DNA of 63,942 nucleotides, the filler included, from Nemertoderma westbladi (taxonomy: Eukaryota > Animalia > Xenacoelomorpha), in NCBI GenBank assembly GCA_032718475.1. It is 3 parts of 3 records of this genome, joined end to end, with 100 filler letters (N's around TTAATTAATTAA, not from the genome) between each part and the next. Parts side by side here need not be neighbours in the genome. Positions count along the whole stretch, not along the records: positions 31,066 to 55,405 come from JAUCBJ010002083.1; positions 55,506 to 63,942 come from JAUCBJ010004148.1; 1 more part is not named here. One strand, written 5' to 3'. How positions within the stretch are numbered: position 1 is the first letter of the stretch; each line of letters begins with the position of its first letter. Below the pieces are notes generated by a model. That model was not told the origin of the DNA, made no database searches, and was given only the letters and a program-made list of their open reading frames with translations. Of the stretch, positions 47,957 through 59,989 are shown piece after piece. The position numbers were made by a program, and so were the translations under genes.

Positions 47957-48580
47957 GGTTCAACCCCCGGTGACGCGCTTTCTCATTTTTCCAATTTCTG
48001 AACAAAACCATAATATTACACTTATATTTCTTGCACTGTCTGTATGCACTAGTTAATTTGTTATGTATATATAGATTTAAATTTATCAATAGTTTAACAC
48101 AATTTGTCTTTTATTTTACAATTAGTAATATTTTCTTAATTAATTAAATTGAATGAATAATAACTAATATTTTATATACCATATTATTTACTTAAATTAG
48201 GTTTTTTTTAGATTATTTACTACTATGCAACTATAATACGTTACGATTGTAAATATTTATATTATATATATATTATTATGTATATGTTAATTACCCGTTA
48301 ATAATATATTGCACTCGATATTGAGTGCTGTATTGATAATGTTAATTGAAACTAAAATGGGGGGGGGGGGGGGGGGGGTGCGGGTTACAGTTGTTTGAAC
48401 ATTTTAGCCAAAAAAATAAAGGTCACTCACTGTTTAATGTTTGCCTTTCGGTGTTTGGGTGATAGTTGTCACAATGTTTACAGTTTCCCCACATAAAAGC
48501 CAATATTTAATCCATTATATTTCCGATCTCACCTGATATTAACTCTGGCCCTTCCACTTTTATCTACTACTGGAGTAATT

Positions 48581-48820
48581 TCCACCCCTGGTGTAGTGGT
48601 TAAATCCGTTGCCTTGAAATTACATCACTTCGGAGTTCGTGGGTTCGATCCCAGCATCCCAGTTTCCAGATCTCAGTTTCCGTTTCGGCACGAATGCTTT
48701 TGTAGCCAATTGAGATCGCTGGGATGACGTCACTAGAAATATGTCGTCAGACTTTGCGCGTAATCCCTGAGAACCTAAGGAAACTTTACTTTTTTACCCT
48801 TTCTTTACTTTTTTACCTTT
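48581..48820 (+). mobile_element. tRNA-derived SINE
   Basis: A box TGGTGTAGTGG (48589), B box GGTTCGATCCC (48642) and a CTTTTTTAC-type tail. Shares head and 3' CTTTG.GCGTAATCCCT with the 52.3-kb copy. Confidence 0.75.
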
Positions 48821-49009
48821 CTCTAATTTGTACCAACGGCTCGATAAATTATAACTCAACCGGTCGAAAGTTTATTACTCGTTTATTTAGTTGAACCATA
48901 TTATGAATTAATATAATTAATGCTTAATTTAAATATGTAATTAATATTACAATCACCGTAAATATTTATTTACTGCATAAATTACTTTATATTACTACTT
49001 ATTATAAAT

Positions 49010-49471
49010 CTATTTAAATTTATTAAAGGCTGATAGTATTTGTTTGACGCTAAGTAAAGTTGGCAATTTTTTGAGACTACAATTGGGAGACTTGTATACT
49101 TGCATGCTAAGCATTACTGCAGATCCTACAGCTAACGAACCAACGATCAATGCGACTCTGTTAAAAATCCTGAGTTGTTTATCGTTGCGACGCAGTACAT
49201 CTGTGTAGCCAATCCGTGTGTAGGTAACCATGTTGTAGAGAGGAAGGTAGTGCTGGGGGAACAGGTAATACAGCAGCAGATCTAACCGGCGTTTTATAGA
49301 GAAGCGCCAGCTAGCGGTTAGATCGCGCATTTCTATGTAGTTGTAGAGAGATAGTTGAGCAATAGCTTGGCAGTCTTGTACCCTGCGGTGGTTATACACG
49401 TGGAGCGCTTGGATTAGGTCTCCGAAGCAGTTGTCTATTGTCTCGTTAAAGATTAGGCAGTCTTCCATACC
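49010..49471 (-). CDS. KMO: Kynurenine 3-monooxygenase, exon 2
   Basis: Acceptor TTCTCCAG|GGT; GMEDC...AIAQLSLYNYIEMRD...PLYNMVTY and a C-terminal membrane anchor. Confidence 0.93.
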   Translation of the reverse strand, partial: GMEDCLIFNETIDNCFGDLIQALHVYNHRRVQDCQAIAQLSLYNYIEMRDLTASWRFSIKRRLDLLLYYLFPQHYLPLYNMVTYTRIGYTDVLRRNDKQLRIFNRVALIVGSLAVGSAVMLSMQVYKSPNCSLKKLPTLLSVKQILSAFNKFK

Positions 49472-49948
49472 CTGGAGAAAATAAAGGAATGGTTATCCAC
49501 TACCCTACAATACTTCCTTTAATTTCATATTTTATAATATGATGAGGTGGTATGTAACGCGTCATCATATATTTTCGTAGTGATTTACGGTGGGTATTTT
49601 AGATACGGTGGACAATATTTTATTATACCAGAACATATTATTTTATATGTAATACAACCGGTCACTCCACTGAAAACATTGGCTCTAAATATTGTAAGAT
49701 TTGATTTTAGAACTTCAAGATATTGTAAATGTTCTAAACATAAATTGTAATGAAATAACATCCTTGCGAACCGAAATATATTTATGCCTAAACTTCATAT
49801 TTTCATTTTGTTATCCACTTTACTGACGACTCCTTGATGCGGTCCTTTCATGACACTTTACTACTTAAAGTAAAATAAAGTAAAGTAATAAAGTAAAGTG
49901 GGCCTAATAAAGTAAAGTAAATTAGAGTTAAAAATCAGACTATTTCCC

Positions 49949-50131
49949 CAGTTAAGTCAGATTTCTTAAGTAAGTAAGTTAACTACTTAAGCAGTTAAGT
50001 CCGATTTCTTACTTAAGTAAGTTAACTACTTAGGAAGTTAAGTCCGATTTCTTACTTAAGTATGTTAACTACTTACGCAGTTAAGTCCGATTTCTTACTT
50101 AAGTATGTTAACTACTTACGCAGTTAAGTCC
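49949..50131 (-). repeat. 43-bp tandem repeat copying the KMO exon 1 end and donor site
   Basis: Unit GGACTTAACTGC|GTAAGTAGTTAACATACTTAAGTAAGAAATC, about 4.3 copies. Confidence 0.9.
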
Positions 50132-51082
50132 TTGCCCATAAAATGGTACAATCGCGTGGGCGGCGTCTCCCATCAACAGAAACTTATCGTCGGCAATGTA
50201 AGTCGAACATTTCACCGTAACTAGGGGCAACGGTTCTACCTGGTTGAAACTGTTCTCGACATTCTCAACTCCCAGCAAATCCAACAAATCGGGAAAGATT
50301 TGTTCGAAGAACAACGTGACATCCATTGGGGTCACCAAATCCTCGTATTTAGCTGTCGGCATAAACAGAGTGCAGGTAAAGGATTTATCCGTGTTCGGCA
50401 GCGCTATAAACATAAACGTTTTCCTCGGCCATATATGTAAACAGTTTGGATCCAACGGGAAGTTGCCACCAGGACTGGTTGGAGGCATGCGGAACTCCTT
50501 GTAACTGTGCGGGATGTATGTTTGTTCGTAGTCCATGACTATACGGGACACCATCTCCCTTCTTACAACGCTATTAGCACCATCGCAACCAAGCACTAGC
50601 GAGTATTGCATTCTTGTTTTCTGGTTGCCCGGGTTACGCACGGTAATTTCCCCTGTCTTTATGTTGCATTCTTCTAACTTATGGTTGAAATGCGTTCGAA
50701 CGTTCGGGTACTGATCGACTGCGTCTAATAGTATCTCGTTCAAATACTTTCTATCGATCGATATGTTGAATTCTCCTTGCAATCCGTAGCGAGTCGCTTT
50801 TGTCGCTCCGCCCGGTAAATGTATCATTCTAGAATGCATCGGCGTCCCCATACTTATCACCTTCTCTTCCAGCCCCAGAGCTGCCAAGGCCGATCGGCCT
50901 CGGTGCGAGAGGGCCAGGTTGATGCTGCGGCCCACGTAGTAACCCTGTTGGCGGATATCGGTACGACGTTCGTACAGGTCTACTATGTAACCACGACGAC
51001 CGAGAAAGCACGCGTTGAGCGCACCAACTGGTCCTCCGCCTACTATACACACCGATGTTTCTTCTTCTAATGTAGTCATCAT
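50120..51082 (-). CDS. KMO: Kynurenine 3-monooxygenase, exon 1
   Basis: IVGGGPVG, GRSINLALSHRG, GCDGA, LHIWPR, GDAAHAIVPFYGQGLNC|GTAAGT; joins exon 2 in frame to give 474 aa. Confidence 0.95.
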
Positions 51083-51630
51083 TTATTTATTAATTAGTTG
51101 TTCTTTAACTGTAAACCGAAAAACAAATAAGTTTAGCGTATATTATATTTAATAGTGGTGTTAGGGATGTGCAAAAAATTAAATAAATACATTGATGGTA
51201 TAGTCTGAGTATAAATTAATTATCATACTATACATATGTTGTGACCTTAAATGACCTTCAATTTAACAAACTTTGTAAATGTAACTTCAAAGTAACTTTA
51301 TTTAGCCTATAACACCGCCAAGCCGATCTACCTACATGATTTTAGTTGCTGTTGTTAGTATAATAATATAACACAGTTTGAATATATAATCGATTTGTTT
51401 GTATGAAACATTAGAGTTCGTTCAAAGTGCAACTATTTACTACCCATTATTACGAGTGCGTTAAGATTAAATTTGTAGAACATATGTAGATCTAGATATT
51501 AAATGGGTTGGGTTGGGTTGCAGGAGATGTGTGAATTCCCAAAAGAGGTTTCGTATCGTGAATAATTACTTTAATACTAGTTTGATAAATAATTATTACT
51601 AATATTATATATATATATTGTGTTTTGCAG

Positions 51631-51839
51631 GCATGGTAAAGTCAATCACTGGGTCTCATATTGTAGACTACCACCCGGAAGGACCCGAAGGTCCCTGTTG
51701 GCAGGTTGACTACACCCCCCCATTCCGTAGGGTATCCCTAATACCCGAACTCGAGAGGATTTTAGAAATTAAATTACCCACCGATCTCGAGTCACCTGAA
51801 ACTAATGAAGTTCTACAGAAACAATGCGATAAACATAGT
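51631..51839 (+). CDS. KARS1: Lysyl-tRNA synthetase, internal exon
   Basis: TTTTGCAG|GC ATG GTA AAG: GMVKSITG...YHPEGPEG...DYTPPFRR; donor AGT|GTAAGT. Confidence 0.92.
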
Positions 51840-52273
51840 GTAAGTGGATGCTGGACATTGAGCATTGATAAAGCATGGAAATATTATAGCCGGGTCGCAC
51901 ATGAGTTTTCAACGTTCAGCTCATAAAATATAATTGGCTCTTGCAAATGAAAAGCTATAAAGAGTGGATAGAAAAGAGTTGCGCAATATTCATAGGTAAA
52001 TAGTTGTTCTGATTGGTTGTCTTTGTTAACCAGAAGTTTGAAACCTAGGTACCGGGTTCGAGCCCCAATAGGGCCGGTTGATATTTTTCGCTATGGAGAG
52101 CATTATCATATTGTCTTATTTACATTGTATATTGTGTTACGTAGAAATACCAGTTTTCAAGTAAGGCGATTCAAAGACGAAGTTAGTTCATTTTGAAAAT
52201 TGTATGTTGAAAGTTGACTGTTTATGTGTGACCCTGGCATAATCATGTTACCATAGAAGGTTTACTATCTAGT

Positions 52274-52515
52274 TCCACCTTGGTGTGGTGGTTGCCTTGA
52301 ATTCACATCTATCCGCAGGTCATGGGTTCGACCCCCACATGCAGTTTTCGTTTCAGCAGGAATGCTTTGAAGGGACTAGCCAAGGCGCGTCTTTGTCTTG
52401 CTTCCTTAAATGGTAGCTAAATGAGTACTGGAGTTTCCTCTGGGGAGTATAGTTCTGGGGGGGACCGCACTGTAAATAATTCGTCGAAGTCTTTGTGCGT
52501 AATCCCTCGCATAAC
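52274..52515 (+). mobile_element. tRNA-derived SINE in a KARS intron (same family as 48.6 kb)
   Basis: TCCACCTTGGTGTGGTGG...GGTTCGACCCC (52325)...CGTTTCAGCAGGAATGCTTT...GCGTAATCCCT. Confidence 0.72.
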
Positions 52516-52665
52516 GGTTTAAGTGAACGTTATTTATCTGCATTATATTAATTAAATAGTTTAATTTTGATTAATTTTATCATCTTTCATTATTTCAGTT
52601 TGCACTTTATCAGGCTGTAGCTTAATATATAGTTATTACTATTTTGAAGAAAATTTTTGTCGCAG

Positions 52666-52796
52666 ATTGAATGCCCACCTCCTAAGACTACAGCTCGTCT
52701 ACTGGATAAACTAACGGGTCATCTCATTGAGGTCAATTGCGTCAATCCTACCTTTATTATGAACCACCCGCAAATAATGAGTCCCTTAGCCAAATG
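52666..52796 (+). CDS. KARS1: Lysyl-tRNA synthetase, internal exon
   Basis: [16 protein letters not shown]...[18 protein letters not shown]; AG/GT flanks with consistent phase. Confidence 0.93.
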
Positions 52797-53315
52797 GTAA
52801 GACACAATGTATAGTGAGTAAGTAGTAAATGTTATCCTATCTCAAGGTTAGGAATCTAACCCGGGGTACTGCAGGTGTGTTATAGGTACAGGGACCCCCC
52901 CCCCCCCCCCCCCCTTCCCTTCCCCCCTCTCAAAATATTTATTCTAGCTAGTTTTTGCTATTTCGTTTTGGAAATATTCTTTCATGTTCGTATTCATGTT
53001 AGCTAATTTGGAAAAAATACACATTATTATGGAACAAATATTTTATGTTTTAAAACATTTAAAATAATAATAAAAATAATAATGTACTATTTTTCTTATT
53101 GATAATTGTTCTAGAACGTCTTAGCTATTCATAATTAGAACGAAATATTTTTAAAATTTGGTTAATCAACTTTTAATCGTTGCGGACATGCTTTGATATA
53201 TGTTTTTATGATAAATAATGGCTAACATGTTCTAGAACATCTCCAAAAAAACGAGAACAAAAACTATCTATAATAAAAATTTTGTGGGGGAGAAGCTATA
53301 TATAACACACCAGTA

Positions 53316-53346
<31 letters not shown>

Positions 53347-53639
53347 CGGATCATACCATAGTATTCGATGCGATCCGTTACACTCATGCTATATCGCGTC
53401 CCTTGCGTAGTAGGTACGTGTACTTAGGTCCATTACATATGTCCACCGCTCCTCTCTTGTCCATACAACAGTCCGCAGCTTAGGATTGCTGTGTCAGATT
53501 CTTGTCGTCTTAATGTTGTCCCAATGATGTACCTCCAGAGATTAGCGAACTTAAATAAACATCCAAAGTGAATTGATAAATATTTTCGTTGATTGCTGTC
53601 ACGCAAGGTTTATCTGATACCTACGCTTTTTGGTCGCAG

Positions 53640-53766
53640 GCACCGCTCTATACCTGGCGTTACGGAACGCTTTGAGTTGTTCACTTGTCAAAAGGAAATA
53701 GTGAACTCTTACACAGAGTTAAATGATCCAGTTGTACAGAGAGAAAAATTCGAACAGCAGGCTGGG
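53640..53766 (+). CDS. KARS1: Lysyl-tRNA synthetase, internal exon
   Basis: [14 protein letters not shown]...[18 protein letters not shown]; AG/GT flanks. Confidence 0.94.
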
Positions 53767-54044
53767 GTAAGTATTCATAGTCACTCAACTATAGAATTAG
53801 TGAATTATTCTGATCTACGTATACAAATTTAAAATAGCGCAATATTTTATGCTCTAAAAAACATTACTTTCTACTAATCCTACGGAATTATAATCTTTCT
53901 GTAATCCTATCTAACCTTAACCTAACAAAATAACAAACCGCAAATAATTAGGGCCTGGAAAAAGTTATTTTAATTCCGTTGCATTTAATGTGATGTTGGT
54001 CCTGTAATTTGACTGTCAGACTATTAGTTACTTCGTTCCTATGA

Positions 54045-54891
<847 letters not shown>

Positions 54892-55060
54892 TTAGTTATG
54901 TTAGGTTAGTTTGCAGCTGCAGAGCGTTTTATATTCAAAAACCTTTACGTTAAAATACCGCCAGGTGGCGCTGCGACCCCACAGCTAGGGGCTTTATCGT
55001 GTAGTTGATTGACAGTGACAGGTAATCATTGATTGACAGGTGAAAAATAAATTTTTTCAG

Positions 55061-55204
55061 GAGGTGCTGTTGTTTCCCGCAATTAAACCTATAGAACCAA
55101 TAAAGTCTGAGGGCGACAGTGGATTGGCCAAACCCGAAGATACGAACGCTAACGATCTGACCAATGATGTTGATAAGCTAACCATTAACAGTTCTACAAC
55201 GTAG
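55061..55204 (+). CDS. KARS1: Lysyl-tRNA synthetase, last coding exon
   Basis: TTTTTTCAG|EVLLFPAIKP...STT*. Confidence 0.92.
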   Translation, partial: EVLLFPAIKPIEPIKSEGDSGLAKPEDTNANDLTNDVDKLTINSSTT

Positions 55205-55405
55205 TGACTGCTACAACGTGTAGTGAGTGCTAAGTAAACTGCGTAATTGAATTGCAATAATAGCTGATATAGGAGGTTGATGGAGTGCAAATAGATATCG
55301 GTCTGTATTTGACTCGTTTATCATGAATTTGTTCGGTTACGTATTTATTTGGATTTAAAAATCTCATAAGTTTTGATTTGATACGACTTGCGTTTTATTT
55401 GGCAT

Positions 55406-55505
55406 NNNNNNNNNNNNNNNNNNNNNNNNNNNNNNNNNNNNNNNNNNNNTTAATTAATTAANNNNNNNNNNNNNNNNNNNNNNNNNNNNNNNNNNNNNNN
55501 NNNNN
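55406..55505. other. Artificial assembly gap/linker
   Basis: Same N44-TTAATTAATTAA-N44 structure as at 30966. Confidence 0.97.
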
Positions 55506-56894
55506 TGCGTTCACGGAGGGTGGTTGATACAGGTGGTATTGTACGAAAGCTCGGCGTTTGTCATGTGTTGTCTCCAGCTGATGTTTAGGGCTGCCCTTAG
55601 TAGTCTTGTGTAGCAACCATCGATTCGTTGTTCAAGTGATTTAGTCAGTGTCCAGGTCTCACCCCCGTATAAAAATACACTTTCCACTGTGGCTCGAAAG
55701 AACTTAGTCTTCATGTGCCTGGAGAGATCTGATTTCCAGATGGTATCCATTTTTGATAGAGCTACCCAAGCCTTTGCTTTCCTAACTTCTATGTCCTTTT
55801 TGCTACTCTCTATCCATGATCCAAGGTACTGGAAGTCGTCAACCTTCCTTAGTTGATTATTGTCTATGGTTGTCAAGTTTCCATCAACATTAAATGTCAT
55901 GAATTCGGTCTTGGTAGCATTTATATGCAATCCAACCTCCTTAGCAGCCCTCTCCACTTTATTTAGTAGAAACTGTGCATCTGCTAGGGTATTAGAGAGC
56001 AGGGCGATGTCATCCGCAAAGTCGGTGTCTGTGACTGTAGTTGCCGGATATCTACTACTTCTGCATTATTGAAGTGTGAATCCCTGGTCTTCACCCTTTG
56101 TGGCTGTCGTCATTGCGTAATCCAGCACAATTACAAATAGTAATGGTGCTAATGTGTCACCTTGCAGGACCCCAGCCAGGATTGAGAAAAACTCAGTTTC
56201 ACCATCTGGTGAGAGTACCTGCGCTTCTGTGTCACAATATAAAAATACAATGCCAGCAACAATTACTTCTGGTATTACATAAGCTCTTAGGATTTCAAGC
56301 ATTTTGCCTCTATGGATGGAGTCGAATGCCTTCTTGAAGTCCACAAAAGTCATGACTGCGGGGAGATTCTTTGACTTAATTCCTTCAATCAGTCTCCGTA
56401 GTGCAAGTATCTGAGCTATTGTTGATCTACTTGGTTGAAATCCGTTTTGGCTCTTACGCAGTGGTTTCTCTATGTGAGACCTAATCCTATATAGAATCAT
56501 TTTATTGTATATTTCGGCAGCCACCACAAGCAGACAGATCCCATGATAGTTTGTTGGTATACCGACCGAGGTCTCCTTTCTTGGGGAGAGGCTTTAGTTG
56601 ACCTTTAGTCCAAATTGGTGGTGGCTTTTCCCCTTTTAACATCCGGTTGCAAACATTCAATAATGGTCTGTTTAGCACTCCTGTTTTCCATACCTCCGCT
56701 GGGATTTCATCTAATCCACTCGCTTTATTATTGGACATGCTTTTAATGCTTCTTTGGAGTTCGGCAGGTGTGAAGTCTCCTGTTTCTATAGGTAGTGTCT
56801 TGTCATATATTTTCCTTGTAGGGCTGACTTCGATGTTTGGTGGCTGCCCAAACAAGTTGCTGAAGTGATTTTTCCACTTCCCAACACGTGACAA
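55506..56894 (-). mobile_element. Degenerate RTE-like LINE reverse transcriptase
   Basis: KASGLDEIPAE, QNGF, FVDFKKAFDS, GVLQGDTLAP, DFADD, FQYLGS; contains frameshifts. Confidence 0.92.
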
Positions 56895-57288
56895 TAATTT
56901 ATTAACAATGAATATAAAACAATGTAACTGTACTGGTAAAGAATACTGGAAATGTTATTATAGCAGGAAATTCAAACTGATTCACACCAAACTGTAAAAG
57001 TAATGATAGGGATCGAATGAAAATTGTAAAAATTGTAAAACTTTAATAGTACAATGACATAATTTTTTAAAATTTTTTGAAACTCATTTTTTTAAACTGT
57101 TAAAATTTTTTGAAACTCATTTTTTTAAACTGTTATACATTTAATACAAAATAATTCAATGTGAAAATACATTGCAAAATATTTTCTAAATTTGAAGAAC
57201 AATCATACATTACAGGAATATAGGTACATAATGACAAAACTCGTTCGTTTGAATAATCGTATTAATCATTTTATCATTAATATTTCAG

Positions 57289-57406
57289 GAAAGATTCAAT
57301 TATTTGAGTTAGATAACTTCTTGGGAAAGAGTTTGACTTTATTCGGTAATACATATGACACAGCATTGAATGAACTTGGGTTTAATAACTTAGCTTCATC
57401 CATAAA
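57289..57406 (+). CDS. Beta/gamma-crystallin domain gene, Greek-key motif 1 exon
   Basis: TATTTCAG|..KIQLFELDNFLGKSLTL...GFNNLASSI(K)|GTAAGT. Confidence 0.78.
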
Positions 57407-58435
57407 GTAAGTGGTAAACTATACACAACATCTACGTAAACAATACACCTCTATACTACTGTATATATAAATTGACCCATGTGAGTTTATTTCTATTTCA
57501 CAAAAGGTCTGGCTGTTTGGTTCAAAAAATGACACCATTACAATGCCCATTTACATTCACATTTTTGCGGGTCCTACTAAACATCCAAAAGAACCCAAAA
57601 ATAACAAAAAGTAATAAATTGGCATGTTTAATGCAATTGTTATGCCAGTATGTTTAAAATCTACTGTTTTTAATATTAGCAAAGCATAAAATCACTGAAT
57701 ATTAATAGTATGAATATTATCAACATGAAATGACCCTATTTTATTCTGTAAAGAATATAAAATTGTGATAGATGAAGCTACAAGCATGACCTACTATAGA
57801 TACGACCCGCCAAGCTGCTGCAAAGCCCCAAAATTTAGTCGGCCAGTTATTTCTCTTATATAGAACCCCTGAAACAATAGGTCTACGCGCGTCGACATAT
57901 TGTACTTGTCCCTAACTAAAATTATGTCCTCTTCTGTCAGATGAGACAATAAAATGTAATAGCTCCAGTAGTTTTCGAGATATGAGGAGTGCCTGGCACC
58001 CATACCATATCAGCACTTTTCGGAATTGATAAAATTACTCAAAATACAAGCATCACCCTTCACGACTTTGGTACAACCATTAAACCATATTATGCTTTTT
58101 TGGTTAGTCGAATTAATTATTAGTAATCGAAAGCGAATTTAGAATAAAATCTTCATTGTTTATTTTATGATAGACACTAAAAGAGCACCAAAATTACAAG
58201 TAGCTCGAAATTTTCAAATAGCCAAAAGTGGTAATTTGGCCGTTTAGTTTGGCTACTGGGGTTTTATAATGTGCTGATTCCATTGGCAAGGTTGATAAAA
58301 TTGTGGTATTTTCAAAAATGGCCAATGTTTCAGTCGAAAATTCTAAGTGCCAACCAGTGCACTTCTATATCAGTACTGCAGTACTATGGTACTGGTGCGG
58401 TAATGTAGTGAATTATTCAGCCTTAATCATTAGCC

Positions 58436-58756
58436 TTGAATAGGCTTTCCAGGATTTGGAAGTCACCGAGAATTAATCGGAAACTTAAGGTCCGGTTATT
58501 TAGAGCAGCAGTAGTTCCAGTACTCCTCTATGGGAGTCCATGCTGGGCTCTAACTGCTGAGGACACCAAATCTCTGAACGGCACATTCACAAGAATGCTA
58601 CGCCGGGTTCATTGTGTCAAGTACAATGCACACATCTCCAACCAGGCACGTGTCTCATTGGTTCCCCCAAGCTTGACACTAGAACAAAATCGCCTCCGCT
58701 TTGCAGGACATTGCTTTCGCCGTGAGGACCAGCCAGTGCATAATCTTGTACTTTAG
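58436..58756 (+). mobile_element. Short RTE-like LINE fragment, same family as 62.9-63.9 kb, opposite strand
   Basis: Nearly identical to the reverse complement of about 63040-63370, with an internal deletion. Confidence 0.88.
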
Positions 58757-58899
58757 AGCACCACATATTGTCTGCTAATAAAGCAGACAATATACTTTAG
58801 TTATATACTTTATATATATATAGACAATATACTTTATAATTATATTATACTTTGATATATAAATGTTATGCTTATTATTGTTGTATTGTTTGATTGACA

Positions 58900-59560
58900 A
58901 TTCCAAAATAGCAGCCGTGCTAGAGCCGGGTTGGAGGGAGAAGGCCCTCTTTACAGTAGAGTCTGTCCATACTGAATGCGATTCTTACTGTCCCTTTGAC
59001 ATCCCCTTCTCAACCAACTTCTCAGAAACTAGTCGGGTGATGTCATATATAATTTTCCTTCCCTTCTGTTTTCTGTTGTGCTTGGTGACAGGTGGGTCAA
59101 AATTGGTTGTGGTGAGAAAATATTTAATTTGTTCCCTCACTAGGGACTAGGGTTGTTAAGGTCTTTCTCCTGGATGATCTTGCTCTGGGGGGGGGGGGCT
59201 TGATGCAGATAAGTGGTAGAATGAATAAACGTTGCCATGTTGCACAAAGCTGAGGGGTGTTGGTGACAGCAGTGATTGTGGAATGTAATGCAGCAGCGAA
59301 GTCAGAATGTAATATCCATTGTATTGTTTGACTGGACAACTACTTGATGTGGATACCATATCAATCTGCAGTGTTTGAGCGTTTTCCTCTAATGGGGCAA
59401 CACCTGAGCCTTTACAAGGCTGCTTCATTGGACCGTTATTGTGTAGTACACCAAGTTTTGTTTGGTAGCAATGGCTGCATTTGGCAGCGGAGACCCCATG
59501 ATGGTCTGGTTTCCATGTGGTTTCATCTGATATGGTTACTTCCTACCTTTTCCCACTGGT
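58900..59560 (-). mobile_element. Degenerate CRE-like non-LTR retrotransposon, N-terminal region
   Basis: Frameshifted motifs GP..QPCKGSG, WQRLFILPLICIKPP and KL..GDVKGTVRI, recognised from memory as lying upstream of RT in CRE-type elements. Confidence 0.5.
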
Positions 59561-59832
59561 TCGGATTTCTTTCTTGATGTCTGATTAAGCCATTGATGTT
59601 GATAATGGTGAGCGACTCAATTTCTCATTTTCTGATTGCAGGTGCTACAGCAGCATATGAATTATTTTTTTTCCTGGAGGTTTTCAGAAATGGTTGCATT
59701 TTGGAGTTTACTTCAGGCTTAGGGATTAATGCTTGAATTGAGTTAACATTATTAATAGGAGTTTAGTAGGTCACAGATTTTACTTAAACTATAATATTAT
59801 ACAATTATACTTGATATTTTTTATATTTTCAG

Positions 59833-59989
59833 AATCTTTCGAGGTAGATGGCTACTCCAGGATCTGAATTGGCATACACATACACTAAATACTCTTTATG
59901 TTGTACTAGAACCAGGCGAATATGCGACAGCAGCTGAGTGGGATCCAAATCTTGATAACAAAGTTTCCGCCTTACGAGTTCTACCATCT
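59833..59989 (+). CDS. Beta/gamma-crystallin domain gene, Greek-key motif 2 exon
   Basis: TATTTTCAG|A-IFRGRWLL...VVLEPGEY...W...DNKVSALR..|GTGAGC; phase matches the 57289-57406 exon (AA+A = Lys). Confidence 0.78.

Larger units (their letters stand above)
47674..48015. mobile_element. Inverted pair of ~155-bp Pol III-type elements
   Basis: Arms 47674-47826 and 47859-48015 are reverse complements around a 32-nt spacer. Each arm has A box TGGCTGAACTGG, B box GGTTCAACCCC and a T5-T6 run. Confidence 0.85.

Noticed and set aside
47885-47975. Genuine tRNA gene with an intron
   Set aside because: Has a D-arm and A/B boxes but no acceptor-stem pairing; the interior fits a hammerhead better.
51523-51546. 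Possible KARS micro-exon (AG|GAGATGTGTGAATTCCCAAAAGAG|GT)
   Set aside because: The peptide does not match the LysRS sequence expected before GMVK, and the donor is weak.
817-53345. Recurrent poly-C/poly-G tracts as functional G-quadruplex elements
   Set aside because: Mostly adjacent to TE remnants, and homopolymer lengths are unreliable; nothing specific supports function.
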